This document shows, one piece after another, positions 47,528-59,224 of a stretch of 64,000 nt of DNA (positions within the stretch are counted from its first letter, which is position 1; each line of letters begins with the position of its first letter). The DNA is taken from the NCBI RefSeq assembly GCF_001194135.2, contig NC_068981.1, positions 52,428,796 through 52,492,795 on the forward strand, written 5' to 3'. The translations under genes were made by a program, and so were the position numbers. Source of the DNA: Octopus bimaculoides (Eukaryota). The notes beneath the pieces are model-generated. The model did no database searches, was not told where the DNA came from, and saw only the letters and a list, made by a program, of their open reading frames with translations.

Positions 47528-50500
47528 CTGAAAAGATAAAGAAGAGAATTATATCAATTATTACTCTCTCTTGCTAAACATCACATTTTTTTTACAAAGT
47601 CTTTTCCTCTTTCTGACATCATTATCATTGTTTAACACCTATTTTCCATGCTGGCGTGGGCTGGATGTTTAACAGGAACTGACTAACCAGAATGTTGCGC
47701 CAAGCTCTAATGTCTGAATAGCAATCTTTTTGAGTCTACAGATTATTGTATAGACAAAAAATCTGATCACATAAGGTTAGCACATATACTACTACTACTA
47801 TAAAAGAAGGTTGGCTCCTTCCTCACAAGGTTAATTAAAAAAATAAACAGCATTAGAGGGAGGAACATGTTACAAGACTTAGTTTCTGTATGAGATAGAA
47901 GGAATGAACTGCAGCGCTTTCTTTGTTATTCAGTTTCTTTGTTACATTAAATATGAGTTTGCTTTGAAAAGAATGATAAAACAAAAACAAGTCTTTAGTG
48001 GATGTGATGGCCAGTTCCAGTCAACCTTAAAACTAAAAGTGAGATTTTCTTTATATTTATTTTAAATTAATTGACAAACAGTCTTATTGTGTTAGAGACA
48101 AATTATGGATTTACATAAACAAGAATATCAGCGTAATAGACTTTACTATTTTGATTCTATGTAACAAATGCTTTGCACTTCATCATATTTCCAAAGCGTT
48201 TTTAAATATTATTTTGATTTTATACATGAAAAATTTAATGCATTAGAGAAAAAAAACCGAGACATTGTCAATTAGGGCAACAATAAACTTACCTTCATAG
48301 CCATCTTTTTACGAGTATCGTGCTCTGGCTCTGCAGCCCATTTTAAGAAAGTAGTCACATCCATAGCCAACTGGCTTTGTGTAGCTGGTGTTCCTACAAA
48401 TATAAATATTACATATAGTGGTTTTTTTTTTAAACAGCAATTATGTTGTAGAATGTACAACCATCATGACAAACCCACTGTGTCCTTTTCACCTCTCTGA
48501 CTATCCATGCAGGAGATAGTAAACGATATGAGTTAATGTAGAATTTGACAAAATATGAATTTAGGAGATTTTTATAAAGCTGTACCATCAACAGTTAAAT
48601 CAGTGCAGACATTTGGCCTCTAGTTTAATAATTTTATTTTCTAATATTTCAGTCAGGAGGAAAAGCATTGCCCATATGTTATAGGGCCTCTGAAACTGTT
48701 GGAAGCAAGAAGCCTGACTCTAATGCACACAACAGAGCGGACCCTACTAAAGACACCCAAGGTGCCAGGTAGTGGTGCTAAACTGTATGATGGGTTAAGA
48801 CCACCAAAGTCGGCCATTGCAGGATTTGAACTCAAATTCTGCAAGGCATCCAGTTTGATGTTCTTACGGCTTCACCAATCCACTATCTTAGGTTGGTAGT
48901 TTTTAATAATACCCAAAAGAATGAAAAACTAAGTTAGACGGGTATTAAGATTCAGACACTTGCAGAGATTTTTGGATTGAAATAGACACTCATTTATTTT
49001 TAATTGAATTATACAGAGGTAAATAGAGTAAAACATCTTGATAAATATCAGAACAAAACATGCTAAATGTTTAGAATTTTCCTTTTGAATAAGATATTTC
49101 GCCATCATTTTACATCTTTCCTATGATGGCATGGGATGTATCATGATCCAAAACAGTTCTTGTTAAGAGTTACTGCCTCTGTACATGGGCCAGGATAACA
49201 TTTCAATTGTATGGTATAGTTTCTAAAGGTTGGACGCCTTTCCTATTACTAACCACTTTACAGAGAGTATTGAGAGCATTTTATCTATGGCACCAGTACT
49301 AGGGAGGTTGCTTTCTTTTCAGCAAGGATCAAGAATCCTCCCTACCTTACACTGTCTTCATCCACATCAAAGAAGTTGTCTCAACACTGGCAAAGCTAAA
49401 ATACCTTCTCTTTTCTACTTTGTTCCCTTTGTTGGTTACTTTCTACACAACTGAGTGCAGAAAGATGAGAAGACGACTTATTAGCCATGTGAATTTAACA
49501 AGAAAGTATTGTAAGTTAGAGTACAAACATGGATTTTGTGTCTCTAAAAAATATTGGTTGTAAAATCAGGATCAGTTAATGTTTCTCAAAAATAATATTC
49601 ATCTTTTATAACATAGAAAAATGACATTAAAATAATAAACACACTTTGCAGCAATAACAGAATTTACTTACCATCATCATATTCAATGATTTCATTGTAT
49701 AAAGCTTGTGCCATACCAATTGCACCTCCAGCAAAATAAGGATTGTAGTGTGTGCCTTCCTGGAGAGTAACTCCAGCTGGAGGATCACAATAACCAGTCA
49801 AAATAGAGAAGATGTAATCCTAAAATGTAAAGAAATTAAATTTTTATTTTATAGTAAGATGTGACATCATCTGTGTAAATAGAAAGGAAGTAGCTTTGTT
49901 ATTTTACAACCAAATATCATTGCTAATTCTGATTTCTGTCAACTGATTAAACAAGCAATACAGAAGTAAATTCTCAAAGAACCTAAACTGTTATTTAGTT
50001 TGAAATCCTGGTTATAGAAATATCACTTGTTCAAGTCACTGTCTGCCAGGAGAAAAGAATGGAAACCATGCCTATGTAACCTTTCTAGGTTACTCTAATA
50101 TGATAGGAAACTATGTCTAAAAATGTAAATGCTATAGAGAAGCAAAACCTTTGAACTGAATCTATGTCAAACAGTAGGATGATGAAACAGATGACAGTTT
50201 ATGAACGTAGTCATTTTGAAATTCTAAGTGGGTAACTAATAGGAAAAACTCATACAGGATATGTGGAGGCATGTGGCTTAGTGGTTAGGGTGTTGGGTTC
50301 ATGATCACAAGATTGTGGTTTTGAATCCTAGACCGAGTGACACATTGTGTACTTGAGCAAAACACTTCATTTCATGTTGCTCCAGTTCACTCAGCTGGCA
50401 AAAATGAGTAATCCTGCAATGGACTGGCATCTCATCCAGGTGAGGAATTTATATGTCATGGAAACCAGCAATTATGAGTTGGCAGGACTCAAGAAGGTAA

Positions 50501-53500
50501 CTTTACCTACTTTTTACTCATAATGTATAAAGAGAAAGCCAGATAGCAGGAAGAACAGCTAACTACTAAATTAAAAAAGTTTGTGAGAACAAAATAAATT
50601 CGAAAACGATAGAAAGCCAACTTGTAGTTCAATCAATATAGTTACTAGCCATATTTTACTAAATTTTAAAATAATACATTATAATAAAATGTTTGAAAGT
50701 ATAATTTTAATGGAATTACAAAGCTAAATAATAATCATTGTTTCCATTCTCACAATATCAAAATTTATGAGCTTCACTATACTATGCACCAAATAATTGC
50801 ACTGGTTTTTAAAAACTTTTCCACTCCATACTGGTACACATCAAAACATGTAGTAAATGAGTGTCAGCTTGTCTTTGCTCTTGTGTTCAACATTGAAATT
50901 CTTACACTGACAGGCATATAATTTCTTATCTTCTGAAAATACTAATTAAAAAAAACTGGAATAAGAAATGGAAAATGGGAAAACAGAGGAGGAAAACAAA
51001 TTTGAGAAAAAAAATGTACCTCTCCACCTTCCCTAGCTGAAGTGATTAAAGACAAGTCAGGTGGGAGTGCTCCATTGTTAGCTGCTCTAGCTGCTTCATC
51101 ATTTGCGTAGGGCTTTGGAAACCTGTCTGATAATTTTCCAGGGCGTTCAAACATATTGCCATCATCATCAGGCCCATCAAGCACCTGGATCTAGAAAGGA
51201 TAAAAAATTTTTTTCAATTAAAATTAAAAACTGATTTAACACATGCTTACAAATTTGAAATAACTTAAGAGTTTAAATATACGAAGTTAATAAAATACTA
51301 TAAGGACACTCGTTAAGCACTATCTAGAGAGGTTTATTAAGTCTTACTTTTGATTTAATTTTGATAGGAATTGTGAACATCTACTAATATGTGCATTAGC
51401 TTGACATAGGCTATTTGGTGACAATCCAGATATAATAATTAGGAAGATATTTACTTCTTCGGCTTCAATTCGTGCTTCATCTTCAGTATGGGAAACATCT
51501 ATGAGATTACGGTAACACAAATACCGCATACTGTGACATGCTGCACATACTTGTTTATAAACCTGGTAACCACGGCGAATACTGAAAAACAAAACTATGA
51601 AAAGTTAGTTAAAAGTAAAAATCAAAATTTTATGAGCTGAAATGTGAATTGAAAAAAAAAAGGACATACTATAAAAGTATCTTAAATTCAAATTAATATA
51701 GAAATTAGCATTTTTTTTTATAACTACTTACAGAATAACTAAAAGTCCCCTCTTTTATACATAACATAAAAAAGAAACTTATCTGCTCTTTTTTTCTACT
51801 TGCTTATTTTTCAACTTTATGTTGCCCAGCTAAACTATCATACTCAACAAATCTTCTTTTTCTCAATTTTTTAGTGCTCATATTTCACTTCCATAAAGAA
51901 TGTTTGCCATGCATGTTAGAGAATTGTGTTTCCCAATTAGGGATCTCAAGAACCTTAGGTTTCCATAAGAAATTGTGGATAAATTGACGAGTTATATGCA
52001 AATGGATTTTTGAGTCATTTTGTCTTTGGTTTAATTCTATATTTGTAATTACATTATACATGCATAGCATATTTGAAATCTGTAGGTAGCAAAACAATCC
52101 TATAGGAAAAAAAAATGACTTCTTTGTAGGGAATTGCAGAGGAAATTGGTTTAACAAAAACTTGGATAGCACAAAATTGCTTATTCTATCTTTGTAGTGT
52201 CTGATAGATTAGTACTACCAAATGTTTCAAAAATTGTTGTATGATTTGCTTAATCTCTAATGAAATTTTAACTTTGACAAAGAAAAAGGTGTGTCTTTGT
52301 GTCTGTCCCCACCATAGCTTGACAACTGGTGTTTGTTTGTTTAACCAAACATGGCTGATGCCAGTACCACCGGACTGGCTCCTGTGCCGGTGGCACATAA
52401 AAAGCTCCAGCCGAACGTGGTCAATGCTAGGTCTGCCTGACTGGCTCCCATGCTAGTGGCACATAAAAAGCACCAACCGATTGTGACCGATGCCAGTACC
52501 CCCTGACAGGCTCCTGTGCTGGTGGTACATAAAAAACAGCATCTGAACGTGATCATTGCCAGGCCCGTCTGACTGGCTCCTGTGCTGGTGGCATGTAAAA
52601 AGCACCCACTACACTCTCAGTGGTTAGTATAGGAAGGGCATCCAGCTGTAGAAACATTGCCAGATCAGATTGGAGCCTGGTGCAGTTGCTGGCTCTCCAG
52701 ACCTCAGTCAAACTGTCCAACCCATGCCAGCATGGAAAAATGGACGTTAAACGATGATGATGATGATATATATATATATATATATATAGGTATTAACTAT
52801 TGGAAAAAAAATACTCAATACCATGGCAGAGATTAATATTTTATTTTGGCTGAGTCAGTCTCTTGGTACTCTGAGTTTCACCTGTAGGTGCAAAGTTGTG
52901 TTTTACATTTGTATGTAAACATATATGCAGGGAATATAACCATTGTGTATAAAACAACAGTAAATTCCCTACCATATTAAATTTAGATATCTTGTAAATG
53001 ATAAAATATGGGAACTTCTTTTGTTTTATGCAGCAGATTATGATATCACCGACAATAAAGAAACAACTGTATTGGTGATGCCAACTAGTAAATGCAGCTA
53101 TGCAATGCAAAAAAGATAATGCAAAGAGGGAGAGGGTTTACAGATAACCACGTTTTCTGTGCAGTAGGTGGATTTTTAATGTAAATCAATAATTTGATGA
53201 ACCAGTGGATTGGATGATATGAATATCTGATTTTACAACATCTAAATGAAGATATTTTAAGCAATGAAAATGTGTCCAGAATTGGATGAAAATCATCATC
53301 ATCATCGTTTAACGTCCGCTTTCCATGCTAGCATGGGTTGGACGATTTGACTGAGGACTGGTGGAATCTGATGGCTACATCAGACTCCAATCTGATTTAG
53401 CAGAGTTTCTACAGCTGGATGCCCTTCCTAACGCCAACCACTCCGAGAGTGTAGTGGGTGCTTTTATGTGTCACCGGCTTAAACTAAGGAGGGAGGGCAA

Positions 53501-56218
53501 CACTCATGGCCTTTTTGCTGGCTGCTGAAATTGGTGGAGTAAAGGGAGGAGAAAATCACAACTTATGGATTATCCTCAAACTGGGGAAGGGGCCAAAGGT
53601 CAGATGCTGGTGTTATACTGAGTACCAGAATAAATATACGGACCAACCACAGACATAAATAATCCAGCTAATAGGTTAATGTTTTTTTTGGCCTGAAGAG
53701 ATACAAGAGAGCATCTATCTGGTTGCTGAATCTATTAGAAATAGCATCCAGCTCATCCTAACCTTAATCCTACTGGCTTAAAAAAGAAAAAGGATACATT
53801 AAACAGTGTTGCTCTAGATATACAAAATTATGAGATGGTCATGGCTAATTTGTGAGCAAACAATACCTTACCTCGCATGGTCAAAAGCATCAAATATTCC
53901 CTGATGTTTCCAGGCATACTTTGGAGGATGCAGTGCGCCAGATGCAAACACAGCCTGATTTACAGCTACAGCATAAGTGGCAGCTCCCAAACCAGTTAGT
54001 CCAACAAGTGTATAAACCTAAAACAAAGATAGAAAAAATTATATATATAAATCTGTGTGTGCACGCGCATGCATGTGTGTGTATATTTTTTTTTTCATAC
54101 AGAGCTTAGTTAATGTCACAGAATATACTGATTAAAGAAAACTATTACTAATATTTTTAATATTTAATTTAAAAGGTTTACAAAAATTTGTTAAATAATT
54201 GCTGCTTGATATCAAATTTTGTATTCTCTCCTTTGTATAATCCAATTTGGTCTTGTGTAAGAGGTGGGTTTCTCATTTCTTATGTACTCCAACCTAATAA
54301 CTGGTTCAGTTAGCTCTTTTAGTTATACTTTGGTTGTTATTATTTAAAACTCTTGGTTTGCAAACCTATGTTCAAAAGTATTCAATCCATGACTCATTAG
54401 TAATTTCCCTTTCAAGCTCAATGTATATAGGACTACACAAAATTAGATCCTCGAAAATTTTCTTAAATTGTTCCCTTGACACTAGCAAAGCTTCTTACTG
54501 TGATACGAGTAATTTCATACAAAGCCTCCTATATATAAGGTTCTGAAAGCAATTTGGCTTTTTTTTCTAGCAAATTGAGTTACCACATAAAAGCTCCTTC
54601 ATTTGTTGATAGACAGATAGATATATGCAAATGTCATTCTCTAATGTTTAATTGAAAATGATGAATCTATAAAGTGTATAAGAATCTTGTTCAATACATC
54701 TTGCTCATAGCTTTTACAGGGATCAATTAGAAAGAAACCAGAAGCAGAAAATAATAACACTAAAGTCTCATAAATGTTGCAAACATCAACTTCATCTTTA
54801 CAAACTTTATCAATATATTTTTAGATATTTATAAAAATATATTCCTATGGCAGATGCCAGTGCTGCCTGACTGGCTCCCATGCTGGTGGCATGCAATAAG
54901 CACCATTCGTGCATGGGTTGTTGCCAGTGCCACATGTCTGGCTCCCCATGCCAGTGGCACGTAAAAAGCACCATCCGAACGTGGTTGATGCCAGCCTCCA
55001 AATGTCTGGCACAAATATATCAGTGGAACTAAATAAAATACTTGCATATGCAAAAGTTGATTTTAAAAAATAGAATTTATATGTGTTGGTTTAGAAAGAA
55101 TTAGATGGTTTTGTTTGAAATAAGAGATACTGCATACAAAATTATTTGTGACAATCTTCAACAAATGTGAAAGTAGAGGAAAAATACCATTTAACTTTCT
55201 TTCACTTTTTAAATTGGAACCTATGTTTCATGACCATCTGAAGTTGTTGAAATAATTATTAATAAAATGATAACACTCATTCATAGAAGAAAATATTCCT
55301 TTTTCAAAACAGAAATCATTGTATTTCATTAGGAAATTGTAAAGCTGTGATAAATAACATGGCAATGGTCAAATAAGTTTTCTTTACAAGAGATTTTGCA
55401 GTATTAGACATATAAAGTTATTTAAGCATGCATAAATAAAATAACAGAAATGTACCATCAGATGAAACTATATGACCATGAGCTAGCCTAACAATGATTA
55501 ATTTGTGAAGATGATGTCTTACAACCAGATTACATATGTAACAATTATTTTATTTTTACTAAATTTTCATGTTTTAATCATATATTAATGTTTTTTCTTT
55601 ATATTTTCTTCTAAATCAGCAAGATTTAATTATTTGTCTCTAGGATACCACAGAGACATTTTATTTTTACTAAGCATACAATATTAATCATCACACCCCA
55701 CCACCACTACCATTTTTTTCTTCTTTTTGTTATACATTTCCTTTTAAATCAGCAAGACTTAATTCTCTCTCTTGCTCAGATACTACAGAGATATCAACTA
55801 AACCATATACATTTGGATTTCTCTCATTGAAACTCAATACATAAAGCCTTCTAATATTTTTGATGGTGATGAGCTGTTTTATATCACCCTTTCCACTAAT
55901 AGGACAGATTTTGTTGAAACCGTGCACCAAAGAAGGTTCTTACAGTTAACAGTTTAGTGAAAATGAAGTAGAACCTGTTTTTGTTAGTTTTGTAAACTAA
56001 ATTGAGCTTAGGAAAAATATTTCATATTGATGTTTTGCTGTTAATGGTTCTGCTGATTAAGAGGACTCAAAAAATCTTTAGAGGCAATATTAATTGTAAG
56101 ATTATTAATAAATGCTGACCATTTAGGTTCTATCAATGTCTTCTTTATAATGCAATGTAGAAAAGAATTTACTTACTACTTGCTTTCTTGTGCCAGAGTT
56201 TTTAAAAGAGAAGCCAGC
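47426..56218 (-). CDS. CYC1: Cytochrome c1, heme protein, mitochondrial (complex III); first coding exon not found in window
   Basis: Exons 56218-56177, 54017-53872, 51581-51455, 51190-51020, 49819-49672, 48393-48293 and 47527-47426 join in frame (837 nt). Contains [10 protein letters not shown], the heme motif [19 protein letters not shown], the axial-Met region [16 protein letters not shown] and C-terminal [18 protein letters not shown]. Confidence 0.97.
48293..48393 (-). CDS. CYC1: CYC1 exon (101 nt)
   Basis: ttgtag|GA ACA...AAG|gtaagt; encodes [33 protein letters not shown]. Confidence 0.97.
49672..49819 (-). CDS. CYC1: CYC1 exon (148 nt)
   Basis: ttttag|GAT TAC...GAT G|gtaagt; encodes [49 protein letters not shown]. 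Confidence 0.97.
50265..50505 (+). mobile_element. tRNA-derived SINE family 2 in a CYC1 intron
   Basis: A box TGGCTTAGTGGT, B-box-like TTTGAATCC, then CTTGAGCAAAACACTT and CCTGCAATGGACTGGCATCTCATCCAGG, resembling recalled V-SINE-type segments. Confidence 0.7.
51020..51190 (-). CDS. CYC1: CYC1 exon (171 nt)
   Basis: ttctag|ATC CAG...GAG|gtacat; encodes [22 protein letters not shown]...SAREGGE. Confidence 0.97.
51455..51581 (-). CDS. CYC1: CYC1 exon (127 nt) with the CXXCH heme motif
   Basis: ttttcag|T ATT CGC...GAA|gtaaat; encodes [42 protein letters not shown]. Confidence 0.97.
52345..52768 (+). mobile_element. RTE tail with 4 tandem units, 5'-truncated
   Basis: Four ~66-nt units at about 52350-52610, the conserved end, (gat)n, then (TA)n. 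Confidence 0.88.
53292..53478 (-). mobile_element. Young RTE tail, minus strand
   Basis: (atc)n-GTTTAACGTCCGCTTTCCATGCTAGCATGGGTTGGACG..., CpGs intact. Confidence 0.9.
53872..54017 (-). CDS. CYC1: CYC1 exon (146 nt; sorting signal and mature N-terminus)
   Basis: gttttag|GTT TAT...GCG AG|gtaagg; encodes [48 protein letters not shown](S). Confidence 0.95.
54845..55000 (+). mobile_element. Isolated RTE tandem units without the tail end
   Basis: Two full ~66-nt units and the start of a third. Confidence 0.75.
56177..56218 (-). CDS. CYC1: Probable CYC1 42-nt presequence exon
   Basis: T9-ccag|GCT GGC...CAA GTA|gtaagt; phase 0/0; encodes [14 protein letters not shown], which is basic and acid-free like a mitochondrial presequence. 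Confidence 0.7.
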
Positions 56219-57849
56219 CTGGAAAAAAAAAGTTCTTACATAAGACAAAGCCATAAATTTAGAGGGAGATAAACAGATGACTGTACTGACTAGTATTTGA
56301 TTAGTACTTTATTGACTTCAGAAAGATGAAAGGTAAAGATGACCTTGGAGAGAGTTGAACTTAGAATGTAATGGGTTGGGACAAATAGCTATTTTGTTCA
56401 ATGCTCTTACAAGTCTGTCAATCCAATCCACTACTCTCATGAATAATAATTTCCTTTGTGAGGTGTTGGTGGTAGTATAAGGATGAAATATAGCACAAAG
56501 TGAGAATTAAATTGAATAAAAAACACTGCAAAATCAATAAAAACATAACCGTGTTGAAGACCACCTAGGGTGGTAATTCATTGGTAAGTCCCCATACAAA
56601 GTCACAGATTACTCTGCTGCATCAAAAGGTATCCAAACAGGAAGAAAGAAACTGAAAGGACTTCTTTTGTTTATTATCACTTATTAATAAAAGCAAAGTC
56701 AGAATAGGCTTCTTCAACTCATCAATCTTGCTACTTCTATCCACTTTTTGTTAATACAATAAAAGGCAATACTCCTCCTTCTGCCCTCTCCTTCAAGTGC
56801 TACTTGAAGAAGCAGATGAAAGCTTAGCCGAAGAGGAAAACACCTGTCCTAAAACTTCTTAAACATGTTCATTACACAACTTCTTTCACTACAGTCAGTA
56901 GATAGAGAAAGACTAACCACACCAACCTGCCAATGAAAGTGGTAGGTTAATTTTCACTATTGACTCAGCTGATTGTCATGGCAGTGATATCATCTGTGCA
57001 TGAGGACATAACACTCCCGTGACTTAGTTCAAGTGGGATGTCCTTTGAAGTTTCCATCCTTTGCAGCAATGGTTCCCAGCACCAACACATGCTTGACAGA
57101 CTGGTGTGTGGTACAAAATGGTTTTGAAAGGTGGCCATTTAGTTTGATCACTGAACAGGTGCCGCTATACACTGTAGTAATCAAGCCTCTGAAAACAGAA
57201 TTGAAACCAACTGCTCTTAGTTCAACCACTAGATAGAGGTACACAACTTTGTCAAAAGAACTGAACTAAGTCAAACTGACCAATGCTCCACTGAAGCCAG
57301 ATCTATTCTCAACTGGCTCAACAATGATGAGAAGATTGTTGAGGACAGATCTACAAGGGATCACTCAAGAGTTTGTATGTCTTCACACCAACCTCTTGGC
57401 AAGCATTTTGCATTTAGCTTGAGTTGTGGGCCTGAAGATCTCTATCACATCTCTGTTTTTTAGGTCCTCAGCAGTGCATCCTTACAACTGAAGTACATAG
57501 AGAGGCTTTCATGTTTCATATGGTTATTCCTACACAGCACATCATTTGTGGTTTGTCTTTTGACAGATGAGTTTCTTTTGTACTATACTATTCTCTATAA
57601 GCTATCTCTTTGTTAAAAGTTAAAATGTTACTCTAATTTTTCTCTTTAATCATCAATAACAGCTGATTATCATCAACATGTGGTTGATAGTCCCTGTTAT
57701 TTCCCCTTTAATTAGTTCTCTAATCTGGTCACTGAAGTATCTGCACAATGAAAGATGTTTCAACTTCCTGTCCAGGTCTATCTATTGATCTTTTCTAAGC
57801 TGATAGGAAAGGCCACAAATCTGTAATGCATTTAACCAACTTATGTTAA

Positions 57850-58068
57850 CCCTTTCATTACCAACCTGGCTGAAACCAGCTCTGGCTCTAAGTACAAATG
57901 TCTTGTTTTCTTAAGTTTTTAATTAAAATCTTCCACCAAACTTTAGTCACAATTTATGTTCTTAACACTAGCTGAATGATAACTAAATTATTTTACTAAA
58001 TTCATTGTTATATTTAAAGTAATTGAAAGAAACAGAGGATCTCAAAAAAAAATACAGTAATGAAAGGG
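57850..58068. mobile_element. piggyBac-type MITE family B, intact
   Basis: TTAA|CCCTTTCATTAC ... GTAATGAAAGGG|TTAA: perfect 12-bp TIR and TTAA TSD. A lone right end of a similar element lies at 27241-27256. Confidence 0.9.
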
Positions 58069-59224
58069 TTAAGCTTATTTGCTAGCCTGATGAAAATTCT
58101 AAGCACGACCTGATTGAAATGCTGCAATTTGACCATGTCTACATTAGAACATTAGTTGAAGGGTTCATCTAAAAGTTGCTGTTGCCACAGGGCAGAAAAC
58201 CTTGAAGTGATCTGTTATGTCATATTTGTAGTGCACTGGCAGTCTTCCATCACATTTTTTTGCACTCTTTGAACCAAGAGTTATCTGGGGTCTCAGCAAA
58301 ATCCTCAGTTAAGACCAACACATAGAAGCCCAGAAACATTCACATTTTGTGCTACCAGGGAGTGGACTTCTGTGTTCCTCTAGCACAGCTTTCCTCTGGC
58401 TTGGCCTCTGTGGTGCATGATGTTGGCGGCTTGGATTTGTCACCGGTTTTCCCAAGTACAGTGAAATCATCATGAAATCTTAGGATGTGTAAGTGGTTGT
58501 AATGACTCATTGGCCTTCATTATACTGTTGCAGACAGCAACAAATGTCTGAAATTGCTTCCTCCTTACTAATTAATATCTGTACCATTTCTTGTGGGCAT
58601 TTTTCTGTTTGCGCTGTACTCAGATGTTTATGACGTATACCCTCATATCTTTATTCTTTTCTTCCTTATTATTGAGGACGTTGGTGAAGATGACATCAGT
58701 AATTTACCCTAGCATAAAACACAAAAATTCAGGAGATGTTGGGTGATTTTAAGCTTGGCCAACTGAAAACATACTGATGGGTATTTTTAGATGCACCATG
58801 TTTCAATATGAACAGTGACAGATGGGCAGAAAGAAGGCAAGGAAAATGTGTGAGGAGCCCATTTTCTTCTATGTCAAATTAAATTTTACAGTTCTTTGCA
58901 CAATAAAGAACTGGTAGAACTAAAATCATTTCAAAATATGAGTGCTGTTTTGCAATATTTTTCTTTATTTGTGTGTTGGCTGTGCAATTGCCAAAGCTTT
59001 TGTTTGAAGAAGTATTTCTTGCTAACAATTTCAAATAACAAGAGTCTTTATTCACTCAACCAGGGTAGGAGAATTAACAAATAAACTGTTCACTTTTGTT
59101 TAAAACAACAAATTTACACAAAAAAAGTTATTCAAAATATTTTTAAATACATAAAATGTAATCCAGAACAAAACATGGGAGACACATTCCATCATTGTAA
59201 ATTCCACTCATAGTAATCCTTTCC

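Noticed and set aside
48653-48899. Short overlapping ORFs in a CYC1 intron
   Set aside because: They derive from SINE-like sequence (GGATTTGAACTC B-box complement) and have no splice or homology support.
52345-52610. Tandem ~66-nt units as a CRISPR array
   Set aside because: The linkers are homologous rather than unique spacers, the units are dispersed as part of a LINE 3' UTR, the context is eukaryotic and there are no cas genes.
55590-55800. Degenerate ~55-130 bp local direct duplication (AAATCAGCAAGA.TTAATT)
   Set aside because: An old, imperfect intronic duplication with no structure suggesting function.
47426-56218. NUMT or mitochondrial insertion
   Set aside because: CYC1 is a nuclear gene with spliceosomal introns and the standard genetic code.
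58088-58125. CTGATGA...GAAA hammerhead-like spacing
   Set aside because: Stem II pairs poorly and there is no cleavage-site or stem I support.
57000-58800. Decayed piggyBac or other transposase around the MITE
   Set aside because: Only faint motif resemblance (LRFHD); not enough to call without a profile search.
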